Virus record (IMG/VR): IMGVR_UViG_3300030329_003758
Coordinates: 1-60,424 of that record
Strand: one strand, 5' to 3'
DNA from: a virus
Taxonomy: Duplodnaviria > Caudoviricetes
DNA: 60,424 nt
Shown: positions 19,325-28,679 of the stretch, piece by piece
Layout: each line of letters starts with the position of its first letter
Numbering within the stretch: the stretch's first letter is position 1
Made by a program: the position numbers and the translations under genes
Notes under the pieces: model-generated
The model's input: only the letters and a program-made list of their open reading frames with translations
Told to the model about the DNA's origin: nothing
Databases searched by the model: none

Positions 19325-19360
19325 TCCAGTCAGGGAGAATTACGCCACTCCCTGACTGGA
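19325..19360. terminator. 13-bp perfect stem-loop upstream of the polymerase (terminator or processing site)
   Basis: TCCAGTCAGGGAG-10 nt-CTCCCTGACTGGA; a T-rich tract follows a few nt later on the minus strand. Confidence 0.5.
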
Positions 19361-19621
19361 ACCAGTGAAAACAAAACCACTGGTATGACAACCCAAAAAC
19401 ATCCTCAAGATCCGCCTCCACCTGCCCATTCGCACATTACAATTTTGTCCATCCCTTTCGGGCCACAACGCCCCCTGCCGACAAACAAAAATAGCAGGAG
19501 TTGGACACAAAGACATGGCATCTGCCTCTGCGGAGTAATACCGGGGGAGGAATTGACTTCTGCTGTACCACTCCCCTACGGTCTGCATGTGCTTAGCAGT
19601 ATGTAACAATAGGTACAGCAT
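19340..19621 (-). CDS. Doubtful small hypothetical protein
   Basis: Only operon-oriented ORF filling the SSB-polymerase gap; no clear RBS or motif. Confidence 0.3.
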   Translation of the reverse strand: MLYLLLHTAKHMQTVGEWYSRSQFLPRYYSAEADAMSLCPTPAIFVCRQGALWPERDGQNCNVRMGRWRRILRMFLGCHTSGFVFTGSSQGVA

Positions 19622-19705
19622 AGTAAAAAGGGGCAGACTATGACACCGGTCTGCCAGCGGTCGGGGGACATTGCTAAAACCCCCTGGGAGGCTCGATCAG
19701 ACTCC

Positions 19706-20230
19706 CTATGAAAGAAGGTACTCAAACTCGTCGCCCGAGTCATTGTCTTTCGCCTTGCCATTCACGGGTGCGGAGTCTTCAGAAGAAGACAGTGCAGTGT
19801 TCATGGCTTCGAACCGGCTCTGTGGGTAGAAGGTGTACTTGGCATAGGAGCCCGTTACAGCCTTGCCCTTCTCATCTACTTGGGGTGGGGTGTAGCTGAA
19901 GTACACAGTCCGACCATAAAGCTTGTGGAAGGGAACATCTTCCGTACCCATAAGCTTAGCTTCTGGAACACCAGCCGAGATAAGGAAAGACTTCAGGTAT
20001 CGCTTAGCAGTGGGACTATCCAAGTCATACCGCTCACGATGGCGGAGCCCATCCGTGTTCATGTAGGCATAGAGAACTCCATTCAACTCTTTGCACTCGG
20101 GATCTTTATCATCCGGGAAGTGCTGAAAGTCTACGATTGAGCCTGTATGCATACCTGCTGGAAGTACTGCGATTCCGCCAGTAGCAGCGGAGACTCCGGT
20201 GAAATCAATCTTGATGTTTAGGGGATTCAT
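19706..20230 (-). CDS. Single-stranded DNA-binding protein (DUF669-like)
   Basis: Start revised to ATG 20230 (AGGAG RBS); IDFTGV...LPAGMH N-terminus; acidic/aromatic tail DSGDEFEYLLS; adjacent to the Sak4-like gene. Confidence 0.75.
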   Translation of the reverse strand: MNPLNIKIDFTGVSAATGGIAVLPAGMHTGSIVDFQHFPDDKDPECKELNGVLYAYMNTDGLRHRERYDLDSPTAKRYLKSFLISAGVPEAKLMGTEDVPFHKLYGRTVYFSYTPPQVDEKGKAVTGSYAKYTFYPQSRFEAMNTALSSSEDSAPVNGKAKDNDSGDEFEYLLS

Positions 20231-20258
20231 TTTAGTTTTAGTTCTCCTGTGGCTGGGG

Positions 20259-21140
20259 TTACCAACCACTGTTTGATTCGATGAACAACTCATCGATCAT
20301 GTTTTCCCTGGACTCCGTAAGCACTGCCCTATGCAACGCATCCTGCAGAGCCCATCGAACATGGGGTACGGAATGCTTCTTACGGAGAACAAGAGAAGCT
20401 TTTTGTAGAACCTCTCTCCAGTTTTCAATCCCACTATCTAGGATTGCCTTGGAGAGTCCTTCTACTGTAGTAGTTTGCCACGCCAAATCTTTGGGGCGGG
20501 GAATGTCATAGCCAGCAAGACGCATGGCTTCTGCTAGATTCATTGGAGCATTGCTAGGAAAGACAGACAGTCTATCGCCAGCAATGTATTGAGCATCGGA
20601 GACTGTACGGAGTACAAAGCTCCAGGGCTTAGCAGTCTCCTCATAAACAACACGGGCTACAACATCTGAGAACGCACTGAACTGCTCTGGTAACTGACCC
20701 GGCAGGGCAGGACCGCCACGTACAAACTTACCAGATGAAGTCTTAGGTGGAGCTTCATGGCAGTTGAAGATTACGTGGGTTCCTTTTTCTGTCGCCGCAC
20801 GAGCCGCATCTCTCATCTTTAAAACCTGATGCCTAAGGGCACGCCACATCTCACCGAAAGAGTGTGACTGTTCAAGCTGTGCAATGGTCTGCTCTACGAG
20901 AATAGAGAAGTCATCCATTACTATAGTGGGATGCTTACCAGCCTCTGCCTCTACAATCTTTGCAGCAGCTTCTACGTTATGTGCCGAGGCTACCTTCAGA
21001 TCCTCTAGACCTAGGAAGTTCTTTAGTGGGAGAAGACCACCGGGCTGAGCAATAAACAAACCAGTAGCTCCTACTGCACCTGTGCAAGTACTCTTACCAG
21101 TCTTGGCAGGTCCGTAGACTGTAACGAATACCCCGTTCAT
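20259..21140 (-). CDS. AAA_24 / Sak4-like recombination ATPase
   Basis: VYGPAKTGKST Walker A, TIVMDDFS Walker B, HVIFNCHE, PALPGQ...FSDVV. Confidence 0.85.
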   Translation of the reverse strand: MNGVFVTVYGPAKTGKSTCTGAVGATGLFIAQPGGLLPLKNFLGLEDLKVASAHNVEAAAKIVEAEAGKHPTIVMDDFSILVEQTIAQLEQSHSFGEMWRALRHQVLKMRDAARAATEKGTHVIFNCHEAPPKTSSGKFVRGGPALPGQLPEQFSAFSDVVARVVYEETAKPWSFVLRTVSDAQYIAGDRLSVFPSNAPMNLAEAMRLAGYDIPRPKDLAWQTTTVEGLSKAILDSGIENWREVLQKASLVLRKKHSVPHVRWALQDALHRAVLTESRENMIDELFIESNSGW

Positions 21141-21634
21141 GACCGCACCTCGAACAGTTCAAGCTGTCCTAGAGCTTCCTCATCACAAGGTACAGATGGG
21201 TGCAGTAGATCTATGATCTCAAAGGGAGCAAGCCGGTAGCCGTTAGCCCAGTCTTCAGGATCTTCTACAATCACATCTCCGATTCTTTCCAGGCTATTCT
21301 CTGCCCACTTGAATACAGCCTTATTCTCAAGCAGTGCCATCTTGAGAATGGCAGCGGTGGCCTTACCACATGTATCGCCCGTTGCGATGAAGAGATCATA
21401 GACAGGCTTTCCTGTCATGAAGTCCTTTCGGGTTACGATGCCTGTCTGCCATGCATCCCAATCCCCGTGAGCATTCTTCTCGAAGTCCTCACGACCTGAA
21501 ACAACACGGATATGGTCGGAGGTATCAGCACCCTGCTTACTTGCAATGAAGTCACGGATGTCGATGCAAGCATCCCAGATGTCATCGTAAGGCATCGAGG
21601 ATGGGTGGGCAAAAAAGGCTCTTGTACTAATCAC
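21137..21634 (-). CDS. Hypothetical protein (165 aa)
   Basis: Overlaps both neighbours by 4 nt; N-terminal AFFAHP strand suggests a small alpha/beta fold. Confidence 0.75.
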   Translation of the reverse strand: MISTRAFFAHPSSMPYDDIWDACIDIRDFIASKQGADTSDHIRVVSGREDFEKNAHGDWDAWQTGIVTRKDFMTGKPVYDLFIATGDTCGKATAAILKMALLENKAVFKWAENSLERIGDVIVEDPEDWANGYRLAPFEIIDLLHPSVPCDEEALGQLELFEVRS

Positions 21635-21879
21635 TTCTTTTTCCTTCTGTATTTGAGTTTTCTTCTTCGGTTAGTTTTCTGGTCAACAACTCTGATGTTG
21701 TCTTTGGAATCTGACCCGCCCTTAGAGATGGGTACTTTGTGGTCGACTTCTTTTCCTTGGGGTGGGTCTAGTTCTCGGTGGAGTTTATTCCTACGAGCCC
21801 TCTCCCTCTTGGCCTTCCGGTCTGAATGGTCCCTGTCGTACTCTTTCCTGTAGTTCCGGTCCTCTGGTTTCTGCGGCAT
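21631..21879 (-). CDS. Small HNH endonuclease
   Basis: Start revised to ATG 21879 (GGAGG RBS); RNYRKEY..., EVDHKVPISKGG...NIRVV...NR. Confidence 0.85.
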   Translation of the reverse strand: MPQKPEDRNYRKEYDRDHSDRKAKRERARRNKLHRELDPPQGKEVDHKVPISKGGSDSKDNIRVVDQKTNRRRKLKYRRKKK

Positions 21880-22102
21880 TGTTTTGTTCCTCCAATGAAC
21901 GTGCATAGTCTGCAAGTGTAGGTATATCCATGGGTCTTGAACCACGATCATACTTCTTTAGAGGTATACCCTTGCGACGATATTGAGCAGCCCTACTAGC
22001 AACTGCTGTCTTCTTCATGCTCAGACGCTGTGCTGCTTCAGCGGTGCAGCTAGAGGTTTGCCATACTTGGATAAACTTCTTGGGATCGATACGCTTGGTC
22101 AT
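21791..22102 (-). CDS. Putative HTH DNA-binding protein
   Basis: ATG 22102 in ATGA overlap; FIQVWQTS...EAAQRLSMKKTAVASRAAQYRRKGIPLKK is HTH-like; 3' end overlaps the HNH gene by 89 nt. Confidence 0.7.
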   Translation of the reverse strand: MTKRIDPKKFIQVWQTSSCTAEAAQRLSMKKTAVASRAAQYRRKGIPLKKYDRGSRPMDIPTLADYARSLEEQNNAAETRGPELQERVRQGPFRPEGQEGEGS

Positions 22103-22947
22103 TGGGATTCTCCCCATTGGCAGGTTTCAAAGGCTGGACATGGACCGTACTTCCCATAGCAAATCTGTTCGCTAAAGACAGGTGGGTAGTCCAGTGGTTT
22201 TTCCAGATGTGCATACTTCTGGATTCTTTCTTCAGTCTGCTTGAGACTGTGAATGAAATGAGAGAGGGCAGAAGGAGCAGGTTCAATAGGACACCGATGG
22301 TATCCATAGGGCTCGCTCATCTTCACCCTGTTGATGATTACTCCCCGGAACCGTCCAGGGTATGCAACTCTACCGAGGCACTGATAGCCCAGGAACTGCC
22401 CATTAAGAATATGCTGGCGAAGACTCTTGGAATCAATACGCGAACAAGTTTTGTGGTCAACAATCCAGACTCCTCCGCCGACATCCTCAATGATTAGATC
22501 AGCACGCTGTGTATATAGAAAGGTTCCCTCTCCATTAAGGTTAGGGATGTGGGCTCTTAGCTCTCGCTCAACTTCCAGGATCTTCCAGTCACAGGAGGAG
22601 TCGTAGCGCATTGTGTAGTCTTTGATTACCCTCTGCACAGGCTCAATCTGATCCTTCCAAAGCTGTGCTTCAGCACCTGTAGTTTCGGCCCACTCTGTCA
22701 TACCAAGACGCTTCACGGCATCTAGTTGGTGCAGGTAACCAGGGGCATGGTTGTTATTTTGTCTATGCAGGTAGTAGTGAGCTAGACCCACATGAAAAAG
22801 ACTGCCTCTCACCAGGGGCATGGTCAGGGGGAAGTTCATATCAGCCTTGTGATTGAAAGCCCACCAGCGCATGCAGCGGTTCGCCTGCTCAAACTGGTGC
22901 CACCCGCGCTCAGAGGGGCCAGCATCTAGCAGCTTGTCCGGTTCCAT
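22099..22947 (-). CDS. PD-(D/E)XK exonuclease, Cas4/RecB-like
   Basis: C...RGSLFH, EVEREL, ADLI...WIVDHKT, QFLGY, and C-terminal CxxxxxxCPAFETC cysteines. Confidence 0.85.
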   Translation of the reverse strand: MEPDKLLDAGPSERGWHQFEQANRCMRWWAFNHKADMNFPLTMPLVRGSLFHVGLAHYYLHRQNNNHAPGYLHQLDAVKRLGMTEWAETTGAEAQLWKDQIEPVQRVIKDYTMRYDSSCDWKILEVERELRAHIPNLNGEGTFLYTQRADLIIEDVGGGVWIVDHKTCSRIDSKSLRQHILNGQFLGYQCLGRVAYPGRFRGVIINRVKMSEPYGYHRCPIEPAPSALSHFIHSLKQTEERIQKYAHLEKPLDYPPVFSEQICYGKYGPCPAFETCQWGESQ

Positions 22948-23001
22948 ATCAACTCCATATTAGCCTTGGTGATGGGGAGGATTTTCCCCGCTCTCTCTAC
23001 T

Positions 23002-23030
23002 GTTATAGCAAGGGGGTAGAGTGGTGTCAA
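23002..23030 (-). promoter_or_regulatory. Near-consensus sigma70-type promoter
   Basis: TTGACA-17 bp-TATAAC with extended TG; shares GCTTGACACCACT with the promoter at 27588-27616. Confidence 0.8.
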
Positions 23031-24640
23031 GCACTATTTGACCCCAGCCCCGATATTCTTTCGAGCAGGTCGCCCTGCGTTTGACTCATGCTCTCCTCTA
23101 AATCTACGAGCGTAGCATCGTCCTCAATAGTAGACACAGCAGGTAGTTTATCGAGAAGAATGTCTGCTACATGCTCGTCCACAGTCCCTCTAGATATAAT
23201 GTAGGAGACTAGAACAGGACGTTTCTGCCCTGTACGAGAGAAGCGTCCTTCCCACTGTCGAATGGAGCGGGGGGTCCAGGGTAGCATAACAAACAATGCA
23301 AGATCAGTGTCCTGGAGGTTGACACTTTCCCCCCACGCATCTCCTGTACCAACAAGAACACAGGGGTCAGTAGATTCCATGTATTCTATACGAATCTTGT
23401 CACGCTCAGATGTAGATGTACCACCATGGGCACACCACACAGCTACATCAACTGCGTTCTGGATTTCTTTTCCTAGCCGATCACAGTCAGAGCGGCGGCC
23501 AGTAAAAACAACCACCTTCTGTCCAAACCCAACAGCTTCCTTCACTCTGCCAATGACATACTTTCTCTTGCGGGATGCAGCCTCAAACAGCATCGTCTCA
23601 AAGATGCTGGATTTGTCTCCAGACTTGTTAGCATTCTGGATGTCTCTCTTGAAAGCTGATGGAGAGTTCTGCTCATCTCTATCCAAATATACAAACTGTC
23701 TACGCTTAGGGGGCAGATTTGCAAGGATGGCTTTCTGGTCTGTCTTGTACCTCACCCACTCAAGGCGAGAGACAAGCTCATCTTCGTTGGATATCCCATC
23801 ATACTTCCAGCCATAAAGATCTTTGAAGCCAGCGCAGTAGCGCTCCCCAAACTTATGGAACGTACCCCACTGCCAAGGCTCAACTAGATCAAGCTGTGCC
23901 CACAGATCTTTTGGTCTGTTTGGTATGGGTGTAGCAGTCAGCCCAAACCTGCGCTCTGCTACCTTGGATATCTCAGCCGCGCACGACGCCGTGTTTCCCA
24001 GTCGATCAAACCTTGTCTTCCCGTTCGGGAGTAGTACAGGTTTGACTCGCTTCGGGTTCTTCGCCCAATGAATCTCATCATAAACAACGGAATGTGGTCG
24101 TAGTTTGAGTAGTGCATCTTCCCACGCAATCAGTGTTTCCCAAGCCACGATGTAGATACACCGTGGGTCGTGTTGAATCTTTTCTATGTCTTTGATGCCG
24201 CTCAGGACTTTAGGCTGGAAGCGAGTAAACTTTCGGATTTCCTCGCGCCAAGTTCCACGGGCAGCAGCCTTAGTTATAACCAGCTTTGGTTTCTTGACAG
24301 CAGCAGCCAACCAAAGAAGTCCACAAAGAGTCTTGCCCGAGCCTGGGGGTGACCATGCATGGTAGCCAGGACGGACGATAGCGCGACTAACGATCTCCAT
24401 CTGGTGTGGCATGACCACATCTCTCACCCAGGGCAGGAATGCTGAAGACTCCAAGATTTTTTCAACACGGGCTGTATCAGATTTGACACAGCCTATTTTA
24501 GAAAAAAGATCTAGACCCAAAAAGTCCAGTGAATTCAATGGGATACGGCACCCAAAGTTATGCTTGTTTTTCCACATTCCTGGGATTTCTTCAGCACCAG
24601 CAGGCACCATGGGATGCCGCACGAATAGCGGATAGAGCAT
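23027..24640 (-). CDS. SNF2-like superfamily 2 helicase
   Basis: PPGSGKT, VYDEIH, GLTATPIPNRPKDLWAQL, GESVNLQ, QWEGRFSRTGQ. Confidence 0.92.
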   Translation of the reverse strand: MLYPLFVRHPMVPAGAEEIPGMWKNKHNFGCRIPLNSLDFLGLDLFSKIGCVKSDTARVEKILESSAFLPWVRDVVMPHQMEIVSRAIVRPGYHAWSPPGSGKTLCGLLWLAAAVKKPKLVITKAAARGTWREEIRKFTRFQPKVLSGIKDIEKIQHDPRCIYIVAWETLIAWEDALLKLRPHSVVYDEIHWAKNPKRVKPVLLPNGKTRFDRLGNTASCAAEISKVAERRFGLTATPIPNRPKDLWAQLDLVEPWQWGTFHKFGERYCAGFKDLYGWKYDGISNEDELVSRLEWVRYKTDQKAILANLPPKRRQFVYLDRDEQNSPSAFKRDIQNANKSGDKSSIFETMLFEAASRKRKYVIGRVKEAVGFGQKVVVFTGRRSDCDRLGKEIQNAVDVAVWCAHGGTSTSERDKIRIEYMESTDPCVLVGTGDAWGESVNLQDTDLALFVMLPWTPRSIRQWEGRFSRTGQKRPVLVSYIISRGTVDEHVADILLDKLPAVSTIEDDATLVDLEESMSQTQGDLLERISGLGSNSA

Positions 24641-24649
24641 GAGTACCCC

Positions 24650-26875
24650 CTAAGCTTGTGGCGCGATGTTGATTAGCTGGCCTTTTTTAGGCTCACCCTT
24701 CGGAATTGGGATGCCTACATAAACATCAAGCTTCTTGCCGCTGATGCGTGCAGTGCGAATGGCTACCCCATCCACGTCACGAACAGCGAGACGAAGAATG
24801 GTTTCACTGCGTAGGTCTACTCTACCTTTACGTTGGCACCACTCACGGTAGGCACCATACAAAGTCTCACAGGGCACAGCTCTAGCTGCCGCTGAGTCAG
24901 AGATCTTAAAGTAGGCAGGAGGGGGCGGGTAGTCTGCCAGAATAGAGGTGACTCCACTCTGTAGTACATCGAACACGAAAGCATCCACACTACTCATGCT
25001 TGCGTTTTGTAGTTCAGACTTAATCGAAGAGTTGTAGGGTCTAGAGATTAGATCCCAATCAACAGTCATGTTCTTTAGTTCGTCTGCGAACGCCTGAACC
25101 TCAGCATAAAAAGTCGGTGCAAACTTAGAGGTCTTTGGATCAAAGCATTCTTTAAGCATGTTCCGATAAGTCTTGGATGCTTTCTCTGGTGCCAAGATAG
25201 TAAACCGTCTGTCGTCTGCCTCTACAAGGAAGGGACGACGATGGTTACTAGTCATCCACCATGTCATTCGATTGACCACAGTAGTACGGGCAGCGTAGGG
25301 CGCGGAGCAGTGGATGCGGTCGTCAGTAACAGAAGCTTTAATCTCAGAGATTACATCTACTGCATTCTTCTCGATGCCTACCTCATCTGCTAGCACCAAT
25401 AGGCTGGTGACATAGTGTGAGTTGAAGTTGTCCCGCAGTGCTCTGTTGCTAACTACTACAGCATTACCCTTACCGATAATCTCTGCGAGTAGTCTTCCAT
25501 ACAAACTCTTACCGATACCCTGTTGAGGTGACAGCACAAGCACAGCTACCATAGACCGGCGCTCTGGATTCTGGATCAAAGATGCTGACCAATGGAGCAG
25601 CCACTTCTTTGCGTTGGAATCTCCAGCACACAGCAGGTCAAGAATCTTTTCTATCCGAGCCCACGGGCCAGCTACTGGTAACAGGTCAGGCCACCCATAG
25701 AGATTCAGCATTGGAATCTCATTTCTATTTACAATGGGATCCTTGGAGGGCTGGCAATCAAACCCGTATACCTGCCTTGATATGATGTGGTCAATCAGTG
25801 CAGAAGCGTGGTGTTTGTTGCACCCCTTCGGTAGCAATCCAATGAGGTGATCCTGTAGGGTTTCCTTTCGCATGGGTAGAGAGATCTGCCATGCTCCGTC
25901 AGCATGTCGGTAGAAGACACCCTGCAGTGCGTTGTATGCCAGTCGTACCTCGGCATACTCAAGGATTGTTTGGGGTACTTCACCTAGTCTTGCCTCTCTA
26001 TCTTCAACGCTACGAGAAGAGAATCCACCTGACTTGCCTTGGGATAGCCAGAACTGATTTCCCTCATGGTCGTGGCGCTCACTAGTACATTGTAAAAAAC
26101 ATCTACCATCTTTGGTGACCCGAACGAAAGCGCTACCCGGAGATGCATCCTTCTGGAATGGGCAAGCACACTTGTACTTACCAGCACCACGGGCAAGCAC
26201 ATCGGATACCGGAGTAGCACCACCTGAGTCCAGGACTACAGTTAGATCAAGCTTAAGCTCTGGCTTGTTAGAGCTACTCTTCTTTGCTGCACCAGCAGTA
26301 GTAGGAGCTTGACTAATCTTATCCGAGTTCAACAGTCGGCCATCCCATTTGGTGTAGCAGGTGTACTCTTCGCCATCACAATGAGCGGGCAAAGCATAAT
26401 GCCTGGAGATGTTCCGCGCTTGTCTATCGACACCTGCATCATAACCTACAAGCCTCAATCCATTCTCCCATGCAGCCGAATATTCCTTGGGCAAGAGGGG
26501 TCGGGAGAGGAAGAGGATTACTCTGTATCGGGGCTCACTAGAACGGTGGCTCCATGTAGTATGTATAGCATATGCAACCCCAAATTGGCCGAGCCGGACT
26601 GCAATTTTTTCTGGTGGCTCAGTAGTGTGATCAAAGTCATAGACTAGAGCTGTGACTCGCTGGACATTAGAGTTACCACGCTTATCGCCGGGGTCATAGA
26701 TTGCTGGTGACCAACAGGGCAGTTGCTTCTTTGGGAAGGTCGGGTCACGTATCGGAGGGTGAGAAAATATCTTATCCAGATCTACTTGCGATTTGACAGT
26801 AGCAGCCTTAGGTACTACGCTAGTCATACCGGGGAAGAGCGCAATCTCCCACGGTAGCACATGGTTAGTGTTCAT
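24650..26875 (-). CDS. AEP-family primase-polymerase fused to a DUF5906-like helicase
   Basis: LVYDFDH, HTTWSH, RYRVIL (AEP motifs); central CACPFQ...C..CTSERH; Walker A QQGIGKS, LADE, TSN, DDRRF. Confidence 0.85.
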   Translation of the reverse strand: MNTNHVLPWEIALFPGMTSVVPKAATVKSQVDLDKIFSHPPIRDPTFPKKQLPCWSPAIYDPGDKRGNSNVQRVTALVYDFDHTTEPPEKIAVRLGQFGVAYAIHTTWSHRSSEPRYRVILFLSRPLLPKEYSAAWENGLRLVGYDAGVDRQARNISRHYALPAHCDGEEYTCYTKWDGRLLNSDKISQAPTTAGAAKKSSSNKPELKLDLTVVLDSGGATPVSDVLARGAGKYKCACPFQKDASPGSAFVRVTKDGRCFLQCTSERHDHEGNQFWLSQGKSGGFSSRSVEDREARLGEVPQTILEYAEVRLAYNALQGVFYRHADGAWQISLPMRKETLQDHLIGLLPKGCNKHHASALIDHIISRQVYGFDCQPSKDPIVNRNEIPMLNLYGWPDLLPVAGPWARIEKILDLLCAGDSNAKKWLLHWSASLIQNPERRSMVAVLVLSPQQGIGKSLYGRLLAEIIGKGNAVVVSNRALRDNFNSHYVTSLLVLADEVGIEKNAVDVISEIKASVTDDRIHCSAPYAARTTVVNRMTWWMTSNHRRPFLVEADDRRFTILAPEKASKTYRNMLKECFDPKTSKFAPTFYAEVQAFADELKNMTVDWDLISRPYNSSIKSELQNASMSSVDAFVFDVLQSGVTSILADYPPPPAYFKISDSAAARAVPCETLYGAYREWCQRKGRVDLRSETILRLAVRDVDGVAIRTARISGKKLDVYVGIPIPKGEPKKGQLINIAPQA

Positions 26876-26891
26876 TATCTACTCCGCGAGT

Positions 26892-26923
26892 CCCCGACTG
26901 TACCATCCAACCGGCAGTCGGGG
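26892..26923. promoter_or_regulatory. Intergenic stem-loop in front of the primase RBS
   Basis: CCCCGACTG-14 nt-CAGTCGGGG. Confidence 0.45.
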
Positions 26924-26937
26924 GCTTCCTTTTGGTG

Positions 26938-27222
26938 TTAACTATTCTGGACTTTCTTAGACCTCAGTGGTGTGTCATCCGTCAGGACATTGGAAAGTCC
27001 CTCTGAAATAAGAAACTCCACAGTTGAGTTCAATGTGACGTAACGACTGGGAAAGGCAGACTGCAAGTGCTTTGCGAGATTCTCTACTGCATCCCAAGTA
27101 GCCTGGGGTAGTCGCAAAGGCTTACGGAAGCGCTCCCGCGCACTCTTCTGTGTAGCATCAAGGTTCGGAAACTCTTGTGCTCTCATAAGAGCTGCCATCT
27201 TTGGGATTTTATTATCACTCAT
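26938..27222 (-). CDS. Putative ribbon-helix-helix DNA-binding protein
   Basis: ATG 27222 in ATGA overlap with GGAGG RBS; KPLRLPQATWDAVENLA...TLNSTVEFLISEGL strand-helix-helix pattern. Confidence 0.65.
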   Translation of the reverse strand: MSDNKIPKMAALMRAQEFPNLDATQKSARERFRKPLRLPQATWDAVENLAKHLQSAFPSRYVTLNSTVEFLISEGLSNVLTDDTPLRSKKVQNS

Positions 27223-27581
27223 ACAGCCTCCGAGTCTCTTAGCCAAAGAAGGGGGCGACTCGATCCCCGTCTGTATTGTCTTCGCACAAACCCAGAAGCA
27301 GTAAGGATCTTTGCTGCAAAGATCTTAACCTTATGGGGTGAGAACACTGGTTGATCACCGAAAGCATCATCAATGAGATCATCCATTGTAAATGCTCCGA
27401 GAGAATTGGAAAGTTTATCCGCTGCGCAAAGAATGCCGACAGCAGACATGCCTTCAACATCTTCTTTACCTGCAGCGATGATTAGACGCAGGCCATACTC
27501 GATGGCCTCTCTTCGGTCGACACCTAATACAGACGCAGCCTGATCTGAGAGGCGTCCGAGGTCTTCATTACTCAAGCTCAT
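27219..27581 (-). CDS. Putative DNA-binding protein, first gene of the replication operon (probably leaderless)
   Basis: ATG lies 6 nt downstream of the -10 hexamer; LSNEDLGRLS..A..LGVDRREAIEYGL is RHH-like; basic C-terminus. Confidence 0.65.
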   Translation of the reverse strand: MSLSNEDLGRLSDQAASVLGVDRREAIEYGLRLIIAAGKEDVEGMSAVGILCAADKLSNSLGAFTMDDLIDDAFGDQPVFSPHKVKIFAAKILTASGFVRRQYRRGSSRPLLWLRDSEAV

Positions 27582-27587
27582 GACCAC

Positions 27588-27616
27588 ATAGTATCAGGTA
27601 AAAATAGTGGTGTCAA
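27588..27616 (-). promoter_or_regulatory. Sigma70-type promoter of the replication operon
   Basis: TTGACA-17 bp-TACTAT with extended TG. Confidence 0.75.
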
Positions 27617-27706
27617 GCTATAAAGTGTGGCACCACACTGCTCACTTAGTGCTCCTCTGGGGGGGCAAGGAAGTTATTAGTACAAAGGCATGTTGGGAGA
27701 GGTTGC

Positions 27707-27729
27707 GTAACCACCTGAAATCACTGGGA
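27707..27729. repeat. Dispersed 23-bp motif (IHF-site-like), inverted copy of 34971-34993
   Basis: Reverse complement TCCCAGTGATTTCAGGTGGTTAC versus TCCCAGTGATTTCAAGTAGTTAC (21/23). Confidence 0.75.
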
Positions 27730-28004
27730 GAATCAGAACTACTCTTGTCTAATAAGTCAGTAGTACTCCTATATGAGGGGGGGTATATACCTACCTACCT
27801 CTACTCTCTATAGGTGGTAGGTATTTTATTATGGAGGGTACTATTCGCTGGTTTTTGCTCCCTGACCCGATTGTTCGCTAAGTGCCTAATATAGCAGCAT
27901 TATCCCCCTGTCTAATCATGTCAAATCAGATGGCTGGTGACTCGTTAGCCGCAGACACGGGTTTTTTGGTCCTGAGGGTGAATTCAGGGACCAAGATTAA
28001 AAGA

Positions 28005-28034
28005 TTGGACAGCCCGAACGCGCTTTGCTATCTT
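28005..28034 (+). promoter_or_regulatory. Putative promoter of the isolated plus-strand gene
   Basis: TTGGAC-18 bp-TATCTT with extended TG. Confidence 0.55.
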
Positions 28035-28113
28035 CTAACTACCCTTTCATCTAAGGGCAGGTATCCCGGGATTAACCTGGGCGGGCGAAGTCCCGTAAGA
28101 GTGAGGATTCACG

Positions 28114-28572
28114 ATGCCACATATCAAACCACGTTATCTCAATGGGCAGCGCGGCACAGGCCACCATGCTTCTTTTGACGGAATCGCAGACCATGCGCTG
28201 GCAGCAAACGATATTGTTATTGCTACTGGGTACGATGGAGATCGAATCAAGTGGTCAAAAGCAGATGCAAATACGACCCGTAGATATTCCGGTGTGATGG
28301 GTATTGCCGATCATGCTGCTCCTGCTGCTGGTGATCGAGTCCGTGTTGTTTCCCACAAGCTTGTCACTGGCGTAGATACAGATGCATCTGGTGGTGTCGG
28401 ATCTGTAGTTTACCTTAGCAATGACGCAGGAGAATGGTCTGTTAGTGCTGGAACGCGAGAAGTTTGCGTTGGTACTGTTGTTGCTGACCACGCCACTACA
28501 GGTGCAGTGCTACTCGCACCAGCACATGTTGCTTGTGCTTATGATGCTGATGGTGACGTAGAAGTCGCCTAA
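28114..28572 (+). CDS. Capsid decoration/cement-like protein (DUF2190-like), isolated from the structural module
   Basis: GAGGA RBS; KADA...VMGIADHA...G..VRVV..., GSVVYLS..AGEW, VGTVV...G.VLL pattern; GIADH matches GVAQH in the 175-aa decoration gene. Confidence 0.75.
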   Translation: MPHIKPRYLNGQRGTGHHASFDGIADHALAANDIVIATGYDGDRIKWSKADANTTRRYSGVMGIADHAAPAAGDRVRVVSHKLVTGVDTDASGGVGSVVYLSNDAGEWSVSAGTREVCVGTVVADHATTGAVLLAPAHVACAYDADGDVEVA

Positions 28573-28679
28573 AAAGGGCGTTACAGAGCACACGAGCTAA
28601 GACCTATCATCCTGTGGATGGGGCTGCGGATACACGCTGCGCCAATAAAACGGGGCTCCGATACGGGATTAGTACACAT

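Noticed and set aside
22099-22947. CRISPR-associated Cas4 or a CRISPR system
   Set aside because: No repeat-spacer array or other cas genes; solo Cas4-like nucleases beside Sak4 and SSB are ordinary phage recombination genes.
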